Sequence record: NZ_OX291475.1
Direction: 5' to 3' (one strand)
Length of the DNA stretch: 64,000 nucleotides
From: a plasmid
This document shows, piece after piece, positions 20,365 through 30,479 of this stretch; position 1 is the stretch's first letter, and every line of letters begins with the position of its first letter. The translations under genes and the position numbers were made by a program. The notes under the pieces are model-generated. The model saw nothing but the letters and a program-made list of their open reading frames with translations. It did not search any database and had not been told where the DNA came from.

Positions 20365-22320
20365 TCACTGTTGAGGACGATATCCCGAGCGGGGTTTGCT
20401 CTGCTCGACATCGGGTTGTTCAGCGGCAGAAAGTTTATGTTGCCCCTCGCCCGTTGAAATAGCCTGAGAAGACGCGTCATAGCCTGCCATAATCCGTTGT
20501 TGCGGATCACTCAATGGCAGAGGTGTATCCCCACCTTCATTGAACCAGCGAACCAGGGAACAGGCCTGCTGAACAAATGCCGACTCGCCCTCAAACTTAA
20601 GATGTTCCCCGCTTTTATTCTCCGCTAACGCCATCCCACCGGCGATATGCTCTCCCTCATTCACGCGATGATTACCCACTTCGATCCGCTCACCTTTATC
20701 CTGAAGCTCGACACACCCATCACGCACATACTGCACCGTCCCATCACGCGTAACCTGAGTGGCATAACCTTCTAATGCAAAGGCCGGTGTATCGTCAGCC
20801 ACGGCGCACACAATGCTGTTGGTTGATATCGGTGCGGTACGTTGTGTCCGTTTCATGCGATACGCAAATGCACGCAGCTGAGCGATGGCGGCTTGATCAT
20901 GACTCAAAGCTTGCTGCTCAACCCATTCACGATAAGACAGTCGACGGTTAGCGGGATCGGCTTTGAAGGCCGCACGTTCGTCCTTAACCGCGAGACGCAA
21001 TGCTGCCATGGCTTTCATGCGTTCGACTTCAATAATGTGGTACGTCAATTTCCGCAACAACGGATCGCCAACGGCGACTCTGGCACGCGCCTTCTGCCAG
21101 GCAAAGCGTTTTGACTCATTCTGGTAGCGTCGTTTGACGACACTTGCATCTAACCTTGGTCGTTTCCAGCTGTGTTTATACGCCTGGTACCGCGCCTTTA
21201 AATCTGCACGTGCATCTGCTCTCGCCAGGCGGCGCTCGAGCCGGGCAGTCAAATCACGCGCATGCAATGTTGGCTCATAGCGGAACTCATGCACAATGGC
21301 ATCAGTCGCTGTCGTAGTGTGATCTTTAGTATAGGTACCCACATTTTCCAGGGGCTGGAACAGACCCAGATCTTTCTCCAGACAGCCCAGCGTAAGGTCA
21401 GGATGAACGCTACTTGCCTTCACCGGAGGAAGCTCGTGATTGTCGATAGAATAGATGGCCAGCCCTTTCCCTTTCGGTTTCAACGCTAACCCGGCATTAA
21501 CTAGAATGCGGTGAACATCCTTCCACGTCAGGTTAGGATCGGCCATAGCCTCATCAATTTTAAACCCACACTCGGTGACGGCGTAGGTATGGAGGCTTTC
21601 AACATCGGCGTAATATTCCAGTGCCTTTGCACCAGAGGGAGTCAGGCTTTTCTCGCGTTTGGAGCGAACAATTTCGCCCTGCTCGTTAACTGAAAAGAAC
21701 CCGTTCGTCGGTGTCCAGTTGTACTTGAGTTCTAGTTCACGTGCCGCTTGCTGCAGACGTATGCGAGTGAAAGAATCATCGGCAGCTTTATAGGTTTCTG
21801 GATGAATACGGTTGGCTGCAACGTGGCAATGGATGTTGTTCGTGTCGGTATGGATCGCCGCGACGTACTGATGTTCCGACATACCCAGTGCCGATAAACT
21901 GTGACGAACGCTATCAAAGATGTGCTCCGTTGACGGGTTATCTGTTTCTGGCCATGACAGGAAATAATGCAGCACGGGATCTTTGCAACGCGTGTTCTGC
22001 AGTGCGACTGCATTCATCTCGACAGATGCAGTCGTGATGTTGAAGCAGTTTGTCTCACACATGACGCCATCAAACATCACCTGGGTATGACCATGAGGAT
22101 CAGCATGCATGATTTGCTGCAAGTCCGCATCGCCATTACGACTGATGTAATCAACAAGGTGGTTGAAGATATCATCTTTCGAACGCGGGCGTCGCCAGCC
22201 TGGGTGCTCGGGTTCCAGTGGGGTATCGGGTTTATCTTCGTCGCGGACAACGGTATAGGCGACCAGCTGTAAGAAGCTGCTCTTGCCATCACGCCGTTTT
22301 TCCGGGATTCGAATAATCAT
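20365..22320 (-). CDS. nikB: Conjugative relaxase (MobA/VirD2 superfamily, NikB-like, 651 aa)
   Basis: The N-terminal relaxase domain carries the His-rich motif HTDTNNIHCHV and LVAYTV. RBS GGAG. The gene immediately follows nikA. Confidence 0.8.
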   Translation of the reverse strand: MIIRIPEKRRDGKSSFLQLVAYTVVRDEDKPDTPLEPEHPGWRRPRSKDDIFNHLVDYISRNGDADLQQIMHADPHGHTQVMFDGVMCETNCFNITTASVEMNAVALQNTRCKDPVLHYFLSWPETDNPSTEHIFDSVRHSLSALGMSEHQYVAAIHTDTNNIHCHVAANRIHPETYKAADDSFTRIRLQQAARELELKYNWTPTNGFFSVNEQGEIVRSKREKSLTPSGAKALEYYADVESLHTYAVTECGFKIDEAMADPNLTWKDVHRILVNAGLALKPKGKGLAIYSIDNHELPPVKASSVHPDLTLGCLEKDLGLFQPLENVGTYTKDHTTTATDAIVHEFRYEPTLHARDLTARLERRLARADARADLKARYQAYKHSWKRPRLDASVVKRRYQNESKRFAWQKARARVAVGDPLLRKLTYHIIEVERMKAMAALRLAVKDERAAFKADPANRRLSYREWVEQQALSHDQAAIAQLRAFAYRMKRTQRTAPISTNSIVCAVADDTPAFALEGYATQVTRDGTVQYVRDGCVELQDKGERIEVGNHRVNEGEHIAGGMALAENKSGEHLKFEGESAFVQQACSLVRWFNEGGDTPLPLSDPQQRIMAGYDASSQAISTGEGQHKLSAAEQPDVEQSKPRSGYRPQQ

Positions 22321-22330
22321 GCTGTCAAAC

Positions 22331-22636
22331 TCACTCCATACCCACTTTTAATATTGCCTTCTGGATCGCCATCAACACATCAGAATACTCTTTACTCATC
22401 ACCCCACCGCCCTCTTTAAACAAGTGCTTTTGCAAGCCACCAAGGCGCCGGAGTTCCATAATCAGCTCTGTATCACACTTAGCTTCTATACGACGACCGA
22501 GCGCGCTACGAAGCATGAAGGCACCTATGCTGAGACCTGCTGCGTCAGCCTTCTTCATGACGGCATCTTTGTCTTCGGGAAAACAACGAATGCTGGGAAG
22601 CAGGGCTGTTCTGTTCCGGCTTTCGCTTTTACTCAT
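22331..22636 (-). CDS. nikA: Relaxosome accessory RHH protein (NikA/MobC-like)
   Basis: The 101-aa protein has a layout close to R64 NikA (GLQKHLF, KEYSDVLMAI). It is directly upstream of the relaxase. Confidence 0.7.
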   Translation of the reverse strand: MSKSESRNRTALLPSIRCFPEDKDAVMKKADAAGLSIGAFMLRSALGRRIEAKCDTELIMELRRLGGLQKHLFKEGGGVMSKEYSDVLMAIQKAILKVGME

Positions 22637-22904
22637 GGTGAGTTTTCCCTTCTAGTCTCGTCAGAAAACAGTCTCGTGGGGTGTCGGGGCTCTGCCCTGA
22701 CCCAGCGTTTTGTTGAACCGACTGCGTGCAGGCGGTGCTACAAAACACATCTGGTCCCGTCTTTGAAACCGGATATCTGTATTATGGCTGATATCGCCTG
22801 TTTTGTCATTACACCATGGGAGAACTTTTTCGGGAGTTGTGCTCGTTGAAGGCATTCGTATACTATTGTCGTTATTGAGATTAATGAGAATGGAGACGTT
22901 GAAC
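22637..22904. promoter_or_regulatory. Predicted oriT and nikAB promoter region
   Basis: This is the noncoding stretch immediately upstream of nikA. IncI-type oriT lies upstream of nikA. The leading-region genes to the right are all transcribed toward this point. Confidence 0.4.
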
Positions 22905-23246
22905 ATGGCAGCAAAAAATCAGTACAGCTCAGAGCAATTAGAATTGGCTAAAGTTCAGCTTGATGAGCTTCCAGATTTGAGCAAAGAAAGACTCACTGGA
23001 AAAGAAGTTCTGGAAGGATTGAAAGACAAAATCATTGTATTGGCTACGCAAAAAGGGTACACCGCCAAGGACATTAAATCCGCCCTGGAAGCATGCGAAA
23101 TCACGGTCAGTGAACGTTCCATTCAGGACATTATAAAAAGCACAGCTTCCTCGAAGAGGAAAACAGCAACGCCACGTAAGTTGAAAACGATAAATAATGT
23201 AAAACCTGATTCAGTTCAGAGTGGTAATTCGGCTACACAGAACTAA
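22905..23246 (+). CDS. Hypothetical protein (113 aa)
   Basis: RBS GGAG plus ATG. The listed ORF begins further upstream. Confidence 0.4.
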   Translation: MAAKNQYSSEQLELAKVQLDELPDLSKERLTGKEVLEGLKDKIIVLATQKGYTAKDIKSALEACEITVSERSIQDIIKSTASSKRKTATPRKLKTINNVKPDSVQSGNSATQN

Positions 23247-23377
23247 AAATCGTCTGGTTACGGTTCAATACCGTGACCAGATGAAAGGTAAAATGTACGC
23301 ACAAAGATGGATATAGCTGAGATGTGTACAGCATTCTCCTTTAGCACTCGATGTGCTTAAGGAGAATAAGAGGATTT

Positions 23378-23680
23378 TCACCAGTAATACGTGGGCATCT
23401 CGTCTATTGTATCCCCATCAGCATCAAACTGAATCATGTTCAAATCGTGCTTAAGTATCATTGAATAGACAAACTTTCTAAATGCCTTTGACAATCCTAA
23501 CGCCTTCAATCGCAAAACGATGTATCGGTATCCCCACAGGTCAATAACAAACCCATACTCATATTCCATGATCCAGTTGTACTTCTCTTTAGCAATCAGC
23601 CCAAGAACCTCATTGTCTGCAAATGTCATGTGTGCCGTGCTGCACACCAGACACCGCTTTATCTCGACGGTTTTTCTCAT
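23378..23680 (-). CDS. Small hypothetical protein (100 aa), downstream partner of the DUF932 gene
   Basis: RBS AAGGA. It follows the DUF932 gene as in CP4-like islands. Confidence 0.45.
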   Translation of the reverse strand: MRKTVEIKRCLVCSTAHMTFADNEVLGLIAKEKYNWIMEYEYGFVIDLWGYRYIVLRLKALGLSKAFRKFVYSMILKHDLNMIQFDADGDTIDEMPTYYW

Positions 23681-23727
23681 CTACAAATCCTTATGGGCGG
23701 CACGTGACCACCGCCCATATACAATAA

Positions 23728-24546
23728 TTATTTCAATGCTTTCATCGCTTCGGCCATTTTCCACAATGCATTATTGAGTTTGATATCACCCGTAATGCCA
23801 TTCACTGCCCGCGTTCGACTACGTTTCCCTTTCGCGTTTCGACCATCAATCCCCCCCTTGATCATGTTCTCCTGGACACGTTGATAGGTTGTCCATAAGT
23901 CCGGGTTATTGTCCTCTCTGCGCCTTGCCTGCAACACTTGTTCTGCGGAAATGGGTTGATGCGTGTCGAAGTATTTGTAACCCAATGCAGCATCTGCGTA
24001 GAGCATTTGCTCATCACGATTTAACGTTATGGATTTCATCTCTTCACGTGATTCTGTCACTTTATCGAACAAGCCCAACACCTCATAAGCCCCATCGATA
24101 ACTTGCCCAACCACGTCTCCCTTGTGAGGTACACGAACTTCACCGAACGTATCACCGCACACCAAACCGTTATTGCACACGAAACGGAAAACGCCGGGGA
24201 TCATTTGGTAACTGCTGCTGCCGTCATGACTGTTTAGCAAAATAATTTCCGGAACTTCATCATGTTGACCGAAGCCATTACGGCGCAGACGTAGCATATG
24301 GCGTGTATGCCCGCGCTTGCCTTCATCGCGAACTTTTGTCTGACAGGCGTAAAACGGTTGGAACCCTTCTTCCCGGAGTTTATCCAACAGGCTGATCGTT
24401 GGAATGTAGGTATAACGCTCACTACGGGAGGCATGTTTCTCCTCAGAAAAAACGCTGGGGACAAATGTTGCCAACTCGTCGTTGGTCAATGGGCGATCTT
24501 TACGAATGACATTTGCGCTACGGAAACCTGAATATAATCTTTGCAT
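23728..24546 (-). CDS. DUF932-family protein (YfjQ/YafZ-like, 272 aa)
   Basis: Sequence character and length match DUF932 proteins of leading regions and CP4-like islands. The true start is the ATG at 24546 (RBS GGGAGA). The listed ORF extends a further 47 codons through the upstream repeat. Confidence 0.6.
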   Translation of the reverse strand: MQRLYSGFRSANVIRKDRPLTNDELATFVPSVFSEEKHASRSERYTYIPTISLLDKLREEGFQPFYACQTKVRDEGKRGHTRHMLRLRRNGFGQHDEVPEIILLNSHDGSSSYQMIPGVFRFVCNNGLVCGDTFGEVRVPHKGDVVGQVIDGAYEVLGLFDKVTESREEMKSITLNRDEQMLYADAALGYKYFDTHQPISAEQVLQARRREDNNPDLWTTYQRVQENMIKGGIDGRNAKGKRSRTRAVNGITGDIKLNNALWKMAEAMKALK

Positions 24547-24990
24547 TTTAATTCTCCCAAACCCTGTTTCTGGTGTTACTCCCCTTTCCGGCGTCGCCGG
24601 GCGCGGAGCGTCTTGTGCTGTGACATTGAGACCGGTCCGGGGTACAAGACGAAACCACAAGGGCACCACCGCAAGCCGCATGCGCAAGCGAATGACTGAA
24701 AGGAATGAGTGCGAACGGGTGAGGATGGAGGCGCAAGCGAACCCTTGTGGGGTCGACGCCCCGGCTTAGCGTCTGTCACGGCAAAAGACACTCTGAGCCC
24801 TGCCTGTTGGCAAGGAGTGACATCGAAATAATTCACCTGGCAAAGCCAGGTCGCCTTAGTGTTGCCGCAATCTGTGGCAACAGTGAAAGCGGCGCCGGCG
24901 AATAGCCGGCTGCAAGCGTGGGGGTGATTCGGGAGGTGCCGGCTCAATGCCGGCGGCGCCCGATTGCCGCCCTAAGGGGCGGCACAATAA
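24547..24990. repeat. Structured GC-rich repeat element R1 (member of the R1-R7 family)
   Basis: It shares the blocks ttctggtgt..cccctt, ccgcaagccgca.gcgcaagcga, gagtgcgaacgggtgagga and cagtgaaagcggcgccggcga.tagccggctgcaagcg with the other copies. Internal hairpins are present. Confidence 0.7.
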
Positions 24991-24992
24991 AG

Positions 24993-25142
24993 CTAACAGG
25001 TATAACCACGCTGAATTTCCAGATAGCGCAGTAACTGCGCCCACTCAAACACTTTTAAGGCGGGGACACGCGCAGGTTTACGCGCATTACGTTGTTGCAA
25101 GATGTAGCGCCCGATCGTTTCGATATATTCATCAATAATCAT
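24993..25142 (-). CDS. Small ORF (49 aa), not in the ORF track
   Basis: RBS GGAGAG 6 nt before the ATG. It is the only coding-like frame between the upstream 150-aa gene and R1. Product is MIIDEYIETIGRYILQQRNARKPARVPALKVFEWAQLLRYLEIQRGYTC. Confidence 0.35.
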   Translation of the reverse strand: MIIDEYIETIGRYILQQRNARKPARVPALKVFEWAQLLRYLEIQRGYTC

Positions 25143-25202
25143 TTTTTGCTCTCCGTGAGAAATGATGTCCCGCTGCGTTATAGCAGCGGGAAACGAGGGG
25201 TT

Positions 25203-25655
25203 TTAGGCAGCAACTTGCGCCGATTCTGTTTCACGAAATGCACTCACACACGTCATGATCTGGCTGTGTGGCAGCGTGACATGATCGCGGAGTTTGAAAT
25301 GTTCGTCCCCGAGTTTGACGTAAATGTCGGTTATGTTACCGCTGTACATTTCCATCATTTTGAAGGACGAATAACCCGCGCTAAATTGCCAATCCAGCGG
25401 CGGCAACATTTCCAGCTTTTCCATGTATTCGTCTTTGCTGATGCGCTGAACCGGCAATTTTGCCGCATCATTCATCGCACGCAGGGCCGCGTCGAACGTC
25501 ACCAGTTCGCAAGCTGGCTTGACCTGTTGTAACTGCGCCAAGGTCTGGCCGCAGGATGTGACATACTCCCCATCCAGCCAGATAGCCACACCAACCGGCC
25601 ACATTGTCCCCGGCACATAAAAAACCATCTGCTGTTGTTGCTCGATCGTTGACAT
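25203..25655 (-). CDS. Hypothetical leading-region protein (150 aa)
   Basis: ATG at 25655 with RBS GGGAG. The listed ORF starts at a GTG 2 codons upstream. No recognisable motif. Confidence 0.5.
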   Translation of the reverse strand: MSTIEQQQQMVFYVPGTMWPVGVAIWLDGEYVTSCGQTLAQLQQVKPACELVTFDAALRAMNDAAKLPVQRISKDEYMEKLEMLPPLDWQFSAGYSSFKMMEMYSGNITDIYVKLGDEHFKLRDHVTLPHSQIMTCVSAFRETESAQVAA

Positions 25656-25682
25656 AACCACTCCCGTTAGTCAGTGAATCAG

Positions 25683-26130
25683 AAGCCGCGGCGACTTCTT
25701 TCTGGTGTATACCCCTTTTGGCTTTTTGCCGGCGCGGGGTGACTGGCGCCGTGACAACTTGACCGGGACGGGGTATCAGCTGACGATGCAAGGGCGGGAC
25801 CGCAAGCCGCACGCGCAAGCGAACGACCAACGGGAGAGAGTGCGAACGGGTGAGGATGCCGGCGAAGCGAACCCTTGTAACGGCAGCGCCCCGGCCCAGG
25901 GTCAGTCACGGGGACGGACGCCTTGCGCGTAGCCAGGGCTAAGGGGATACACCAGAAAGGGCCAGGCTTTTGCCTGGCGGCATCAGCGAACGACCGCACA
26001 AGCGGTCGGGCAGTGAAAGCGGCGCCGGCGATTAGCCGGCTGCAAGCGTTGGGTGCATTGGTCCCTGCCGGCTCAACGCCGGTTGGAACCAACAGGGCAG
26101 CAAAAACAGACAGAAAAGGGGCCATAGCCC
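25683..26130. repeat. Structured repeat element R2 (near-identical copy of R6)
   Basis: About 435 bp (25690-26124) match 36272-36706 with 1 mismatch. It contains the long imperfect palindrome ttctggtgtatacccctt ... aaggggatacaccagaa and several smaller hairpins. Confidence 0.8.
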
Positions 26131-26233
26131 GGGTTCTTGTTTGTCTTAACACAGACAGTCAGAAACGATTGCCCGGCAACATGCCAGGTAAGAAATAAGG
26201 GCAGCGAAAAAAGAAAACGCACGGCAGGACGAC

Positions 26234-26264
26234 GGATAAAAGAAACGGCGCCACAGGCGCCGTC
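26234..26264 (-). terminator. Rho-independent terminator downstream of higA
   Basis: On the - strand the hairpin acggcgcc/ggcgccgt is followed by TTTCTTTTAT. Confidence 0.45.
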
Positions 26265-26322
26265 TCACGATGTCAGTCGTTAGGGGTTGGTCAGACAGGT
26301 CACCAGAAACCCGTCCTTCCCT

Positions 26323-26766
26323 TTAGATAAACAAATCAGCAGGGACATCAAAACGCGTCGCCAGCGCCTTAATGTGCTGCACAGTCAACGCACGGCGACC
26401 ACTGAGAATGTTGCTGACATTGCTTTTAGACCCCAATTCATCTTCCAGATCAGCCGCTTTCAAACCATGCTGATCCATCAGGGTACGCAACGCGGCGACC
26501 CCGGTAGGGATCTCCGCCAAGCGGCGGTTAAACGCCTCAAATTCCGGGGCGCTGTTTTCATACTCTGTAATTTTGGCCGCAAGCGGTTCAAAAAGCGGGT
26601 TGCTCAGCTCGTCGCGATCGACAAGATACTCAATCAGCTCGAGGGCTTTTTTATATTCAGCCTCGCTTTTATCACCGGTCATCAGAGGAATGCATTTCAC
26701 CGCGTTGGCAAATGTCGCGATCATGCCTTCGGCACTGGCGGCGTCGATATGAGTGGCAACAGTCAT
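26323..26766 (-). CDS. higA: HigA-family antitoxin (XRE HTH)
   Basis: C-terminal HTH (SNVSNILSGRRALTVQHIKALATRF). ATGA overlap with higB. Confidence 0.75.
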   Translation of the reverse strand: MTVATHIDAASAEGMIATFANAVKCIPLMTGDKSEAEYKKALELIEYLVDRDELSNPLFEPLAAKITEYENSAPEFEAFNRRLAEIPTGVAALRTLMDQHGLKAADLEDELGSKSNVSNILSGRRALTVQHIKALATRFDVPADLFI

Positions 26767-27074
26767 TCTTTATGCTCCCTATAGTACTTGGTTAACTTGT
26801 CGTATTCGGCGTGAGTCGCAATGTGCTTTACAAAAAACTTTTGCTTTTCAAAATCAATGAAAGCCATCAACCGCAACGTGTTACCGGACACATCAATCAC
26901 CCACCATTTCTTACGGTATTTGAAGTTATCCAGTGACGGGATCGCTCTTTTCATCTCATCCGGGCTGTTAAAGGTCTTTTTTTCCAGAACCCTCATCAGA
27001 TCCAGAAGCGCCAACGCGCTATTAGGGTATTTCCCGGCAGCCTCATTAAACGGCTGTCTACTGATCACATGCAC
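26763..27074 (-). CDS. higB: HigB-family toxin (RelE/ParE fold mRNA interferase)
   Basis: The sequence MHVISRQPFNEA...SLDNFKYRKKWWVIDVSGNTLRLMAF...ATHAEYD is close to E. coli HigB. Confidence 0.8.
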   Translation of the reverse strand: MHVISRQPFNEAAGKYPNSALALLDLMRVLEKKTFNSPDEMKRAIPSLDNFKYRKKWWVIDVSGNTLRLMAFIDFEKQKFFVKHIATHAEYDKLTKYYREHKE

Positions 27075-27188
27075 CGCAAATCCCTTAGCCCTGTTTTCAT
27101 CTTGAAAACATTGTACCCTTTGGCGGATTTGTTTTCAAGTTGAAAACTATTATTTTCTTCATTGAGCGCGTATTTCAAGCCGCTCCCC

Positions 27189-27917
27189 TCATACCTTACG
27201 TGGCAGTTTATTCGGAATAAGCAACGCGTTGAATGCCCGTTCGTCATCAGTCAAATCAGCTTCAACCTGCTGCAATCTTTCCATCACCGCCCACAGCGCA
27301 TCAGATTTGTAATGCTGCAGGTTACAGCCAGCCATGCGCGGAAACCGCTCGAACCACGCGAAAAATCCCTCGGTCAGGTCGTCCTCGTAAATGTCACGCT
27401 TACTCCAGTACGCATACCATGCGCCGACCGTGCTTGGCGTTACAAACGCCAGTTCGACTTCGGCCTGCGCCAGCTGATTCTGATAGCGACGGCGCTGTTG
27501 CTGTTTTTCCCTCGACTGCCAACGGTCTTTCCGTTCGGCCTGCATATCCCACTTTCCTTCCCGCCGTTCCCGGCAAAGTTCGCCATAGGCGGGGAACAGG
27601 GTTGCAGCAACATCGCCGGACAGCGGAAGTGGACTATATTGGCCACCGCTCTCAATAAGCCTGTCCAGCGCCTCAATGTATTGCTGGATGGATGATCCAC
27701 CCCGCTCATCCGGGAAATAGTTTGACGATATTTGGCGAATATCGCTCGCTAAAATCTGCCCTCGACCGTTGTTCAGAACCTTGAAAAAGGCTTTGGCATA
27801 CGGAAACGCGGCGAGCCGCTTGCCCTGCTCTTTCTTACGCTCGACCAACACCACGGCATGGACGGCGGCTTGCTGATATTCGTTGACTGGCACCAGTGCG
27901 CGATTATTCGGGATCAT
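27189..27917 (-). CDS. psiA: PsiA-like plasmid SOS-inhibition protein A
   Basis: About 242 aa immediately after psiB with ATGA overlap. The N-terminus (ALVP..EYQQAAVHAV...AFPYAKAFFKVLN) is PsiA-like. ATG 27917 is preferred over the listed TTG. Confidence 0.7.
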   Translation of the reverse strand: MIPNNRALVPVNEYQQAAVHAVVLVERKKEQGKRLAAFPYAKAFFKVLNNGRGQILASDIRQISSNYFPDERGGSSIQQYIEALDRLIESGGQYSPLPLSGDVAATLFPAYGELCRERREGKWDMQAERKDRWQSREKQQQRRRYQNQLAQAEVELAFVTPSTVGAWYAYWSKRDIYEDDLTEGFFAWFERFPRMAGCNLQHYKSDALWAVMERLQQVEADLTDDERAFNALLIPNKLPRKV

Positions 27918-28378
27918 ACGCAAAATCCCCCCATTCTCAGCGCAACCGCCAGTTTCTCCGGGCGGGTGAATCCATGACGGTAGTACTCACCGACCACGTT
28001 CAATACCCGATTAATCGTCTCCGGCTCAAAATTGTCAGCGGTATGCACCCAGGCAATGCAGTCGCCCTGGTTAGCGGTTAACGATGTTCCCTGGTACGGA
28101 AGAACAGCAGACCAGCCCGGCACATCCGCCCCCGCGCTGCACAGATAAATCGCGGTAACATCATCCCCCTTCGGGCTAATCCGACACACCACGGGTACCT
28201 GCCCACAAAATTCGCACACCTCTTCTGCGTTCGCTACCCACCCCTTCGGCAGCGCCAGCGCACCCAGCACGGCATTGTTCAGCATTCTCCGCCACGCCCT
28301 GCCCCGATCGCGATACTCTTCCAGTTCGGTAGCACTCATCCCGGTTAACTGCTCAAGGCTCAATCTTTGATTTTTCAT
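27914..28378 (-). CDS. psiB: PsiB, plasmid SOS inhibition (anti-RecA) protein
   Basis: The 154-aa protein is collinear with F PsiB (MSATELEEYRDRG...NAV; CSAG...VPGW). Confidence 0.75.
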   Translation of the reverse strand: MKNQRLSLEQLTGMSATELEEYRDRGRAWRRMLNNAVLGALALPKGWVANAEEVCEFCGQVPVVCRISPKGDDVTAIYLCSAGADVPGWSAVLPYQGTSLTANQGDCIAWVHTADNFEPETINRVLNVVGEYYRHGFTRPEKLAVALRMGGFCV

Positions 28379-28418
28379 GGTTTTGCTCTGCCGCCTTCCG
28401 GCGGCAGCTCCCTGTCAG

Positions 28419-30455
28419 TTAGGCGGCAGCGCGGACGTCAGCAGCAGAATCAGTGTTAAGGGGAGTCCCCGTATCAGTGGAACTCTCCAGCACGGGCTGC
28501 GGCTGCGCTGCGGGTGACATGCAGGCGGGCAACCAAGAGGTCTCTTTCAGCACGGCCTCGGCGAACTCCGCCGCTTCTTTGCGTTTCATGCCCTCGGCGT
28601 CGCTGGCATTACCGGCGCGACCGGCACTGTTGAGTGCGTCAACAATCTGGTCTTTGGCGATGCGTGAAAAATAGTTGGCAGAGGTCGGTCTCCACCAGTC
28701 GCCGATCTGGAAGTTCAGCGCCTTCTCAACACGCGCCAGCTTGGTACCCACGCGGTTGTCATGCAATTGGCACTCTCTGCCATCGAGACCGTGGGAAACA
28801 CAGTAGGCCAGCAGCGCCAGCACGTCTTCCTGTGGCCATTCCAGTAACCAGTCGAACCCGTCGACCCACGCCTGCGGAAAGCGACTCAGCCAGCTCTCAT
28901 GCAGCGCGTTCAGCGTCTGGTTAGCGAGGCCGTTTTCACTGCCTGCGTCCGCGGATTGGTTCAGGCAGTTGCTGCGTTGGCTGTCCACGGAGGTATGCAG
29001 TTCGCTGAGATACCTCTTTCCAAAGATCCGGCGTGTCAATGTGAAGGTGTGCAGGACAAGAGCAACCATCGAATTTTGTGCCAGCGAGGCGGCAACGGCC
29101 AGAGTGCGTTCGGCAGACAGACTGTTGACCAACACCTGCGATAACCCTTTCTCTGACGGTGGGGTTTCTTTATTGGCTTTTTCACGCTCGGTTTTCTCAA
29201 CCAGCTTGATGTCTTCCATCTTCATCAAACCGCGTTGGATATTAATTTTTCCGTCTTGCAGATAGGCAACCACACCCGCCGTGTCGCGTACATCCAGCGA
29301 CCATTTGTTGATTTCAGCGTGTTCGTTGATCTCGGCAAGACGTGCGTTAATTTGCCCGATACGCGGGGTATGCTCCCACTCGTCGTCGGCATCAGCGCCC
29401 TCAAGCTGGCTTTCGAGCAATTTTTTCTCAGACTCCAGTTGATCAACTTCTGCATTCTGCTCGTCGCTCAACGTGGCATGGGCATAGAGCACGTCGAAAA
29501 CCTTTGCATCCTCACCCCAGCTCCTCACTTCCTTGCACCGGCCTTGTGCCCAAGCCCAACCTTCATCTTTAGCGACAACGTCCGCCGCGTCCTGCAGCTT
29601 GGCAAGCGCCATCGTTTCCAACTGCAACCGATTTGTCAGGATGATACTGTCAGCAAACAAATCTTCACGGGTTTCACCACCTGCCGCTTGGTAGGCTTCC
29701 AGCCCAACAAAATCGACCAAATCACTCTCTACCGCTGACACTTCATCGTTCAGCACGCTTTCACGCAACGCCTTGGGTGTACGGTATTGCTCGTAATAAT
29801 GACCCTTTTCCCATGCCTGAATCTGACGCGGGTGATCATCGGTTGCGCCCAGTGCGGCTAACTGGTCAAAATTGATGTCGTTGGTTTTCAGCAGTTCCAG
29901 CAGGGCTGGCGCGACGGTCGTCAACTTGAGGCATTTTTTGACATGAGCCGTGCTGTAACCAAGAATGGCCCCGATCCGTTCAACAGACGTTCCCTTTTCC
30001 GCCATGACGCGGAAGCTTTCCAGTTGGTCAGCAGGCTCCAGATTAGAGCGCTGTACGTTTTCCGCGATGGAGATGGCATGAGCGTCGTCTTCACACACCA
30101 CCAAGACGGCGACCCTGAACTCTGGCGTCACAGGAACGCCTGCCGCAGACCGTCCCTGCTCCATCAGCACGTTGAGGCCCAAACGGCGGGTTTCACCGGC
30201 AGCAACCCCGTACAACCCATCAGCCATGAGATACACGACGAGATTCTGCAGCAGCCCAGCGCCCTCAATACTGGCCGCTCGCCCTTCAATATCTGCGGTC
30301 GTACGGGGCGTTATGCGCGCATTGAGATCCGTCGCAGCCAGCTCTTTGAGCATGACATATTTCAACTCGGCCTGAGCCAAGGTCGCTTCGACAAACTGAG
30401 CAGCCTCAGTCTTCACGATTTTTTTTGCACTTGGTTTGGTCGTGGTCTTGGACAT
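28419..30455 (-). CDS. ParB-like nuclease domain protein of the leading region (679 aa)
   Basis: It has an N-terminal ParB/Srx-like domain and an HTH. The true start is at 30455 (RBS GGAGG). The listed 752-aa ORF includes 75 spurious codons from repeat R3. Confidence 0.7.
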   Translation of the reverse strand: MSKTTTKPSAKKIVKTEAAQFVEATLAQAELKYVMLKELAATDLNARITPRTTADIEGRAASIEGAGLLQNLVVYLMADGLYGVAAGETRRLGLNVLMEQGRSAAGVPVTPEFRVAVLVVCEDDAHAISIAENVQRSNLEPADQLESFRVMAEKGTSVERIGAILGYSTAHVKKCLKLTTVAPALLELLKTNDINFDQLAALGATDDHPRQIQAWEKGHYYEQYRTPKALRESVLNDEVSAVESDLVDFVGLEAYQAAGGETREDLFADSIILTNRLQLETMALAKLQDAADVVAKDEGWAWAQGRCKEVRSWGEDAKVFDVLYAHATLSDEQNAEVDQLESEKKLLESQLEGADADDEWEHTPRIGQINARLAEINEHAEINKWSLDVRDTAGVVAYLQDGKINIQRGLMKMEDIKLVEKTEREKANKETPPSEKGLSQVLVNSLSAERTLAVAASLAQNSMVALVLHTFTLTRRIFGKRYLSELHTSVDSQRSNCLNQSADAGSENGLANQTLNALHESWLSRFPQAWVDGFDWLLEWPQEDVLALLAYCVSHGLDGRECQLHDNRVGTKLARVEKALNFQIGDWWRPTSANYFSRIAKDQIVDALNSAGRAGNASDAEGMKRKEAAEFAEAVLKETSWLPACMSPAAQPQPVLESSTDTGTPLNTDSAADVRAAA

Positions 30456-30479
30456 GGGTAATTCCTCCATCAGTGATAA

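Noticed and set aside
20842-22272. Several 60-100 aa + strand ORFs inside nikB, and - strand ORFs inside traU, traY, tnpA and other genes.
   Set aside because: They are antisense or overlapping frames within well-supported long genes.
25705-26198. ORFs of 75 and 91 aa inside repeat R2, with identical twins at 36285..36512 and 36503..36721 in R6. Similar frames lie in R1 and R3 (24576..24947, 30483..30671, 30608..30886).
   Set aside because: They are duplicated only because the noncoding repeat is duplicated. They have no RBS and lie on both strands of GC-rich DNA. The conservation follows nucleotide blocks and hairpins, not codons.
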